Under the pieces are notes generated by a model, which saw only the letters and a program-made list of their open reading frames with translations, did no database searches and had not been told where the DNA came from. 64,000 nucleotides of DNA, from contig CM082576.2 in NCBI GenBank assembly GCA_040954595.2, positions 418,548-482,547 of the forward strand, given 5' to 3'. A program made the position numbers and the translations under genes. Each line of letters opens with the position of its first letter. The stretch's first letter is position 1. Positions 1 to 9,700 of the stretch are shown in pieces. Source of the stretch: Balanoglossus misakiensis (Eukaryota > Animalia > Hemichordata).

Positions 1-3000
1 AAGAGTTCTCACTTCTACGTTTCTGAACCCTTGTTCTTATAATGGCGCCGGGTTCTGTGTCTACATACCTCATTAATTTCCATTTAATAGACACTGTGTG
101 TCAGTTAATGTGTTTCTTGTGTTATTATAGTGTGAGAAACGGAGACTTGCAAAACCGCGCCATTTTCAGGTAACCGATTTCGTTGCGAATCTGTACTTGA
201 GTTCTCCGTATCATTCAGTCTTTAGGAACGAACCGGTAAAGATTGTGCTTAGCCTGTAGTGGGACATTTTAGTTGCTCTATAAGAATTGCAAAACAAGTC
301 ACTCTATTTTAATAGGCAGAAGAACCATTTAATTATTATCAGCCTAAACATCCCAAAGAGGAAATCAACACTAACAATCTGAAATGAATGACGGGGAGTG
401 CAAAACGTGTATTGCAGCCAGAGTACGAGCCATAGTCATCGAAATGTTGATCTATTTCAAATCACATGGTAACCTAGAAATAAACATAGACAGACTGTTC
501 TGGAACAATGTGCCTCAAAAGTGAAAAGAATTTGTATGCGAGAAGTTTGGATAATCAAAGTACTTTCTGTGAGCTAGAAAATAATATTCCAGACGCTTTC
601 CTCCTCCGCCAGCTTCTGTTCTCTGCTGTACGCCGATGCCTACTAACGCAGCACGGAGCCAGCATAGCATTACTTAAAATAGGCTTCAGAGTAAAGCTTG
701 CCCTGCTGAGCTTGACTTGGCTTCGTCAGAACTCTGAGCATGTGTGCAGCCAGCGAGGCGGCTGTAATCCTGCGCGTTTCGGCACCACTGCCGTTTTGAG
801 ATCAACAAAGAAACTATCCAATAACGGCCACACCGGGAAATACTTTGACATTTCTCAGCACGATTTAACAGACGAGAAGATTTACTACGAACAAAAATCC
901 TCCGGGTACGCCCACATTTCCTGTGAAACCATCAGACCTAACAAAATCGAAGTCTGTAAACCGTAAAAAGCCTAGCAAACGAATTACTCGGCCAGACGTT
1001 TGCACATGCGCTGTATGGATAGTTGTAGACGTGACTGTCTACATCAATCTGTGGTATGGCTGACAGTTTAACAGCACTATAAAATTTTGACCCCTTTTGT
1101 TGATTGAAGGGTTTGAAATACAGACATTTGCCTTGATTCGATATCGCAATGCTCTTTGTTACTGCATCAAAGCCTCTATTCAGTTCTTCAATTGAACAAA
1201 CCAAACTAGAAAATGCAATAAGTCTAATAATGCGTTTTGTAACGGTGAGTTAAGGTTAGTCGGACAAAAGAAAAAAGATGAATTTGCTAAATGGATTTGA
1301 CACGAAGATGATAATGATGGGGAAGATAAATAATTTAGAGTCCAATTTGAATTTACGCTCTTGCAAATATGTACGTTGCCGTGATCACAAGTTGATGCTT
1401 CGTGTCCACATTAGAGTCAAATATACATCTGAACAGGGACCCAGTGACATTCCTCGGAGTATTTCTTAGCAACAGCCGCGGTAAAATTAAAAAGAAAACT
1501 ATATCCTAGAAATTGTGCGATGAAAACAATGCATGACATCAGAAGTGTATTTCAGAGGGCAAAAGCGTAACGGATGTGTGTTGTGAGACGCAGTTTCCAG
1601 AGAAGTCAAATATTCACATCCGGGTTGTAGAAGGCAATTCATTTATCTGCATCCACTTTAAAATTGATAACACACCGTATGCTGTTTTGAGGAAATCACT
1701 ACTGGTGACTTTTCAAGATATCTTGTCAATCTTGTCTCGACGTTGATAAGATAGAAAATTTCTACCACAACTGAAATTTACCGTTTAGTCAGCAGTAGCC
1801 TTTCGAGACACACTTTATATCTGATTTGCATCATTGAAGTGTGTTCCACTCCCTAGCGGATTATTTTCAAGTTATAGACTATTTCTACGATGCCCGCCAC
1901 AAACAAGGTATGACCATAGACCCTGGAGCGAATGCTATTTCTTCAGGGTCCATGGTATGACATTACTGCCAAGAATATGTATTTCTCCAATATCCTACAC
2001 AGGCATGGTGTTTAATTATGGAAGCACATCCTTCAAGGTGCCAGTTCATAATTGACTTTTCCAAGAATACATTACTAAATGGCGTATTAAATATGCACTA
2101 GTTCCCTTGTATTTAGATGAAATTATAAACTCCTATTTCGTATGGATCAATGAAAGCTATTTTTTCCATACAAACGTTTATATAATTTATAGCAGCCCAA
2201 TGATCATTTGATAGTGCAGGTGATGGGGCAGGGTAAAGAGATATTTCTGGTTCCGTATTTCACAAAAATTGACAATGGTGATTACGATTTCAAACTAAGG
2301 AGGAAGACGATTTTTGTTTTAATCATTTGCTATTATGTATGTGTACTTAAATAATTCATTGGATTAATTCCCGCCGCAGTGCACTCCCATCAAACTGATG
2401 AGTAAACTCATTAAAAGTCTTTAAAGACACTTAATACAGATATTTTGAGTTTGCATCTCGTAAAAAAAGTCATAAATCCTGTTCAGATTCCATCGCCGTG
2501 CAAGACTGCGTTACAACATACAACTAAACGCATTCATCCGGTCACGCAGCGTTAGCATATTGCGTGCATTCAATGAAAGACGTCGGGTCTTTTTTTTCAG
2601 TCCAGGCGCGGTTTCGAAAACTGTTGCATTGATTTCGCTATCATTTAATGCGACACACAGACATCTATTGGGGAAATTGAGAGAACAGCGCTTGATATCT
2701 CAAGATTATTTGAAACGTGTCTCTTGGATAATTGCTGCGTCACTATGCCAACAAGATATCAAGATCAATATAGACTCAAAAATATAAAACCGTGTGATGT
2801 TATGAAGTGTCGAAAATGTAACTTTGATGTTTTTCCTTCCACCGTGTCGTGAGAAATAAGCCTATATCTAGAATCTATAGACTGTACTTCACTGAAAATG
2901 AATGATTTTTATTAGCAGGAATGTTTCTATATTTTCATGGCTTTATAAGTTATAGTTATAATAACGTTACTCCAAGTTTTATTTTTTTCATTTCGTTTTC

Positions 3001-3002
3001 AG

Positions 3003-3047
3003 GGGCAGTTGATATTGTCTATAACTGTATTTGGGACTTGAAAACAG
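3003..3047 (+). CDS. Possible upstream CNG exon (end of S3: AVDIVYNCIWDLKT)
   Basis: ttttcag acceptor and CAG|gtgaga donor; 45 nt; phase-1 end fits the 3711 exon; DIVY loosely resembles CNG S3 (PTDLLY). Confidence 0.45.
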
Positions 3048-3710
3048 GTGAGATGAATCCCATCGGGTTTTTTTTAATTCTCAGCCCGATGTTTTCTAAT
3101 TCATTCGTAAGACTGAAGAGAAACAATGAAAAAACCGTATTAACACGGAACGCTAAAAATAACCTTAAAAATGAAGAGGTTCCGTTTTCTCCCGTTCAAT
3201 GCTATATGTGTTTGTCTAAAGATAAGACTGTCTCAGTTTCTTTACGTATTCCTCACAGGAATTTCTATCTGTGAGCATTTTGAAAAGCTGTCCTGTGTCA
3301 TAATTGATATCAAACTGGAATCTGCAACAACTTTATGCTGATACGAAAAATACGAGTTTTAGCTCCTAAGATTCAAACCCTTTTGCAACATATCGATTCG
3401 TGTAAAATCACTTTGTTTCTATATCGGTGGGGTCAATCTATAACACAGGCGCTATAGAGTTAAGACTGTCGGTGCACTTAAAGTATCTGAAAAACAGCAC
3501 AATTGCAGGTTTATGTGTCTAATCAACTGTCACGTATCATTAATGTTGGGCTTTGACAGGTAAGCGTCTATAACCCATTGAAAAGAACACTTCAATATGC
3601 AATTCACATACCGATTACTAGAAAGGGGTGCACGACATTTCAATAGAGCTCTGTGAATGAATGAGTGAGATGACTTTGACATTCTTATCTCCGTTGATTT
3701 ATTGTCACAG

Positions 3711-3792
3711 ACTCGGCATACATTCCAGCTCTACGACTGCCAAGGCTCTTCAAATTGCACGCCATGTCGACTTTTTTCCAGGTCACCGACAG
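3711..3792 (+). CDS. CNG exon, S4 voltage-sensor-like segment ([26 protein letters not shown])
   Basis: tgtcacag acceptor, AG|gtaact donor; RLPRLFK motif. Confidence 0.88.
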
Positions 3793-6700
3793 GTAACTAT
3801 TGAGCATGCTTAAAAGTTCAATCCCACCCTGTTAGCAAGTTATTTCAAGGTTTTAGTAAATACCAATTTCCTGCCCAGTAATATCAATTTTACCATTGTC
3901 TTCTTCCTTGAGGTCACTTTCAAGTAAAATTCACTTAGCCATTGTCAAGGTTAGGAAGTGGCATTAAATTTGTTTTGCAACATACAACAATACGTCAAAC
4001 CCGGAGTATACTGTTTGACTAATGCAAAATTAAAAATATCCATTATCTTGAAGATGGCTTAGATTTTATTTTTGACGATTGACAATAAGAAAGATGTTTA
4101 ATAATTATGTGCATTTAAAACAATTCAAAGAAGAATACACGCACAATGTCAATGCAATTCCTATCATGAAATTCGTTTTTTTTTTAAACTGGTGTCTCTA
4201 CATATTTTATAATCTCTTACATGTGATCGCATGATAAAAAAAATCATTTTGGAAATTAGTTTATGAGGTTGTCCTGCTTGAAGGGTGACACGATGCTGGG
4301 TTGATATTTATGTTTGTTCGTGCCTGACCAGGTTTCTTTACTCGTGTATTCTGTAGCCGAACAAGCAATCCGAACCGTCTACGAGCATTGAAACTGTCCC
4401 TGTACTTGGCCGTGGTCATCCACTGGATAGGTTGTTTCTACTACATGATGTCAGAGGTCAGTGAATAAGTTATGAAATATCATATGGCATTTATTAGAGA
4501 AAATACATTCATTTTCCCCCAATATTTCAACCCAACAATTGCATCTGAAACAGTTGCAGACAGAAGTACATACATTACGAACACTCAAGAACACAAGAAA
4601 ACAAGAATTCGCTTTTGGTCCGACACAAAGCTGGTCAGCCTGATTGTTTCCATAGTAGCAAACAGAACTGCTCATTTAGTGCAAAAATTAAGCACCTACA
4701 ATAAAGTGTGGTCCAAGATGCAGTTTTCAAAACATTACTCTATGTTAACAGTTATAGCTATTAGTTCACTGTTTCAAACTTCCCGATAATGACATCTCCT
4801 GTTGTTTAATTTGAATTGAATTTTGGAACGAGTGAGGCTATTGGATATTGCCATCTCTTTGAATTGTTTTTTTTTTCTTAAATTCCTTTACTTTGACTTG
4901 ACTTGACTACCACCTCAATTATAATGCTCCGGATCTCCGAATCTGTGGCGATAAATTTCCTTGATATAGCACTCACACATTTATTTTGCGAGAACAGAAA
5001 CCGACACGTAATTAAGCAAATATAATCTATATCACAAGGTGCCTGTTTGAAGTTGAACGCCTTAACAATGTCTTAATGCTCCATCGCCGTAATCCTCCTG
5101 TATCAAAATTTCGCATACCTTTGTCAAACGAAGGCTATTGAATATATGTACTATGTTTCGCGTTATTATGGCTTAAGAATTTGTCCTGAAGGAAGAGATT
5201 ATCCCGAATAGCAATGGTGATCAAAACTTTCATAGGGAATTGTCATGTAAGTCAGTATAATACAGTATGCTCTGTTCTAGTTTTTCAAGGACGATTTAGT
5301 GCATACATCGATGAGGCCGATTAATTGTTCAGCGCGCGGTTATACGTTCGGGCAAGACTGAGTGTCAATTACGTCGCTTTTTGACAAGAATTTCTTTTTT
5401 TTTCAAATCGTGTTGTCGCTTTCAGTGGTCTATGAAAATCGCAATATTCGTGCCTCACCTAAGGCAGGCGTTTTTTCTTTTGCTACCTGTATTCACTGAA
5501 GCTTTAGAACGAATTATTTTACTCCCGATAATTTTTGCAGAACCAATATCTACTATTGACGTAACGTCAGATAAAATCCATTTGGTGATCTTACATGTGT
5601 ATAAAATCCCTGCAATCCAAGTAGACGAGAGTATTCAAGCCGTTTTGAAGAATTTTATTGAGAGTCATTCTCATAACGATCTCGTCACGTTTTTTATTGA
5701 TCCCCATTACAAGAGTTTCGCAACTGCAGAGTGTCGTCCATTCATGCTAGAAAGCAACATTCTTTTTTAATATTAACAGTCTACATGTTCTATGTAAATG
5801 TGCTAAAGGAAAGTAATTGACTGCGACACTTCATGATTTTCAGGCCGAGGGATTTGGCACCAACGAATGGGTTTATCCAAATAACACAGAAGATCAAAAA
5901 TTTATAAGGTGAGACACGATAAAAAACGCGTGGTGAAGCTTTTTAAAATGAAGCTAAAAATCAATTCTGTCACCCTTCAGGCTTTTATTGCGTTTAATTT
6001 CTTTTATGGATTGTTGATATGTATGCCAGTGAAAGCGTTTGTGACGCCACAACAGAACAATTTTGCGGCCTATATTTACAAGACGCCACCTTGCGATCTT
6101 GGGTGAAAATCTTGGCGCTTTCGTTTATTCCTTCTTCTTTTTCCGGTGCCACCTTCAGTTTATTTACTGGTTGACAATAAACCTTTTTCACAGGAAATAC
6201 ATATTGTGTATCTACTGGTCGACTATGACGCTAACCACCATTGGAGAGACTTCCCTGCCTCAGACCGACATCGTAAGTTGAATTCAAGTCAGTAAACAAA
6301 ACTACTTTATCTTTCTGTTTCGATACAGCAAATACATTCGCTCTTTGTATTGGTCAACGGTAACACTCACAACAATTGGGGGAATGGCCGGGCCTGTCAC
6401 TAACACTGTGAGTATTCCAACCCTTCGGATCCTTATTTTTTTAGCTTTCAAGTCAACATTGTGATTTTTAAAAGTTGATTCATTTTGATGCATTGCAATG
6501 AACGCGGACTTAAACCTCCAACGTCGAATCGAACTAGCACAATGCAAAACTGAGCACGTGACTTCGACAAGCACATATGATTAGGTTTGCTTTCAAATAA
6601 TGAAGCTCAATGTTTGTCTCGTTTCTTTGCCTCGCCTATCTCTATTTCTATAGGAATATATATTTACGGGGATTACTTTCCTGGTCGGCGTCTTCTTGTT

Positions 6701-9700
6701 CGCTGCGGTCGTTGGCAATGTAGGTGACGTCATCAGCAACATGAATGCGGCCAGACAGGAATTCCAGTCAAGGTATGAAAGCTGTCACTTCAATATTTTC
6801 ATTTTAAACGATGGGGGCGCGCTTCATGAGATTGCAAAGAAATATATTGTCACTATTTTATCTATTCGACATGATGTGACGTCATAAACACAATCATGCA
6901 CGTCGACTTGACCACTCTTTTGTAACTGTATGTCACTAGGATACCGGTGTGACGTCGCTGTTGATAATGTCTGACCTCGAAGAACCATCCAAGTCGAACA
7001 AACTACTTCATTTTTAAATCGAACGTTCACAAGATGAATTTTAAAAGGCCAATTTGCTTATGTCAATTTTATTTAACACATTTTATTTGTGTTACACCTG
7101 ACCTTTGAACTCAGAATGGATGCAATCAAGTTTTATATGAATCACCGGGAAGTGCCAGACTCCTTACAAAATCGCGTCAAGAAATGGTCTGACTATGCAT
7201 GGAATAGGTGAGAGGACTTGGATAATAATTTGCATAACAACTGCATCGTTCCTTATAGAGAATACACACAGGTGGATATAAGATACCTAGTAATAGCTCG
7301 TTGTCTGAGTTAATTTGACAAAGACATGGGGCGCCCTTTGGCATCTGCCCATCGCTGAAACAAATTTTTACAATTACATCGCATATCAAGAATCACGTCT
7401 GTTTTTCTCTCAGACAGGGTTGTTATATATTGTGAATATTGATATTCGTTACCGTGACAACAGTGGCGCAGAACGAGTAAAGTACATGTGTACATCAGAA
7501 AAAAGGTTCTATTATAATATAATTAAAACAATATATTAGCATTTCTTATCTGAGTTTTTCATGTGTATAAATTTGTTAACTTTCTCAAACAAAATGTACA
7601 AATGATTTCAGAACACAAGCCTTGGACGATCAACATTTCCTGGAAATGCTACCTCATCGGCTGCGGGCAGAAATTGCCATTCATGTACATCTAGAAACTC
7701 TCCGAAAGGTAAGATGGACACCACCGCTAATTTCGCAAGCGCACTGTCGGTATTAAGCAGTCCGCAAAAGGCGCCGATGTCAAGGCTGAAGTCAACGCAC
7801 GCTCGGTGGCGTTCAACGGGATAAATTAATTGAGAAGACGATAATTGCGTCCAAGGAAAAGAATTATTTAAAGAATTTATTGCAAGCTCGAGTCTGCCAA
7901 AGTTGTAGTCGATCAATTGTTGGCAGTCAAAATGGGTAAAGTAGAAAATAGATTTAACAAAACGTGCGAAATATATGCCTTCAAAGAATCACTTAAAATT
8001 ATGATTATAACACAAATTTCTTTGAACTTGTCCATCGAAATCAGAAAACCGTAACCAGTACGTGTGTTAATCCCTGTCTCCCTTTTCAATGGGACAACAG
8101 CGTGTGTAGCCTATTATTTTTATATTATACAGGTTAAAATCTTTGAAGACTGTGAACAGGGTCTGCTATGCGAACTGGTGCTGAAACTACGATCGCAGAT
8201 TTACTCTCCGGGGGACTATATCTGTCGAACGGGAGAAATCGGCCGAGAAATGTATATAATCAACCATGGGAAAGTCCAGGTATCACTTTGCGAATGACCG
8301 AAAGCGAAAAGATTTGCGAATTCTACTTACTATGTATTAGATGTTTAGAAACATATGCTGCCCAGTTTTTAAAGTATTGAACAAACTCTTAGGCCAGTGG
8401 GCAGAATTGACATTGTGTACTTAAAATGTATAGTGGGCCTATGGACGTGCGGTATTTCTTAGTTGTAGATTTCCGCCAGACAAATTATTTGTAGTCAATT
8501 AGCATTTAAACGAGCGTTGGTGCACACTGGGTGATATACCACCATCTGGCGGTGGATTGTGTCAATTTCAACCGGTTACTACTGTGAATAAAAAATACCA
8601 AAATATTATTCAACGGGAGATACTTTCACCGTCGCCGCCACGTGCAGCTTGTAAACAATCAACATCATTCTCCTTGATGTGTTGTGATTCACAGGAAGAA
8701 CTTCAATTCGTTCTCAGTCTCTAAAAGACGCCACAGACGTACTCAGCTGGAATGACTCTGGCTTTTCGAAACCAAGTCTGTCGCCTGTTTGACGTCCTAC
8801 ATTTTTTAAATTCTTAGGTATATTTCTATAAGAGTATAATGGTACTTTTTCGAAACTTTCAAGTTTTCCCGAAGTCCCATTTTGATTCAAACTGTAATAA
8901 GAACAATCGAATCTCCATCCTCTTACTAGTATTAATTGTAAACAATCTCCGATCCAGGTGGTTGTGCCGGACCCCATCACAGGACAAAAGATGGTGGTAG
9001 CGACTCTCTCAGAAGGTAACTATTTCGGCGAGATCAGTTTATTGAAACTTGATGAGGGTCAGAACAGGAGGAATGCAGACGTGGTATCCCTGGGTTACTC
9101 GGAGCTCTTGTGTCTGTCAAAGAAGGACTTGATGCAGGTAAATGAGAAAATGTCAAGACAAGATGCCCACTCTGTCTTTTGTTCCATGCCCGAGAGTTAA
9201 TTTGATCGGTGTACAATTTTCATTTTCAGTTGCCGTTGGGCCAATCACAACCACCTGTTGATATTAAGACACACATAAAGTCAAATATTTCCATGGCAAC
9301 ATATATGCCGAGGTTTTACCATCAAGCAATGGAAGTTCTCCTTGTCAGCGATAAAAGAGACTAGGGCCAGGGCGTTGGCGGGCTTCCCTAGCATGAGATT
9401 TGATGTTTGTATGATGATGCACTTAGACTAACCCCTTCAAGACATTGTTGGCGATTTTTGTTACTTGTCTTAGATTCTCTCCTGGGCCTGAAATTTAATT
9501 ATTTTAGTTTAGACTTCGTTTGATTACAATATGCGTCTTTAACTCAGATTCCCAGAGTAACAGCCTTTTCCAGTCACCCTCTGAGTTCACAACATCCTCA
9601 AATGTTTACCCTCGATCTTTTGTGTTTTCCTGTCATCTGTAAAACCAAACTGTTGCGTAGGTCCTTGTGGAATATCCAGATGCGAAAAGTGTGCTGGAAA

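Noticed and set aside
508-966. 152-aa ORF
   Set aside because: No recognisable domain, no CNG S1-S3 similarity and no supporting exon structure.
131-2040. Candidate short AG...GT exons (131-169, ~1878-1907) as the 5' part of the CNG gene
   Set aside because: Splice-like sites exist but translations show no CNG motifs; cannot be supported without transcripts.
6329-6407. Exon B as a dead pseudo-exon, or as a second pore in a two-pore channel
   Set aside because: Splice sites, length and frame are intact with amino-acid conservation despite DNA divergence; tandem inclusion would frameshift, so a two-pore product is impossible.
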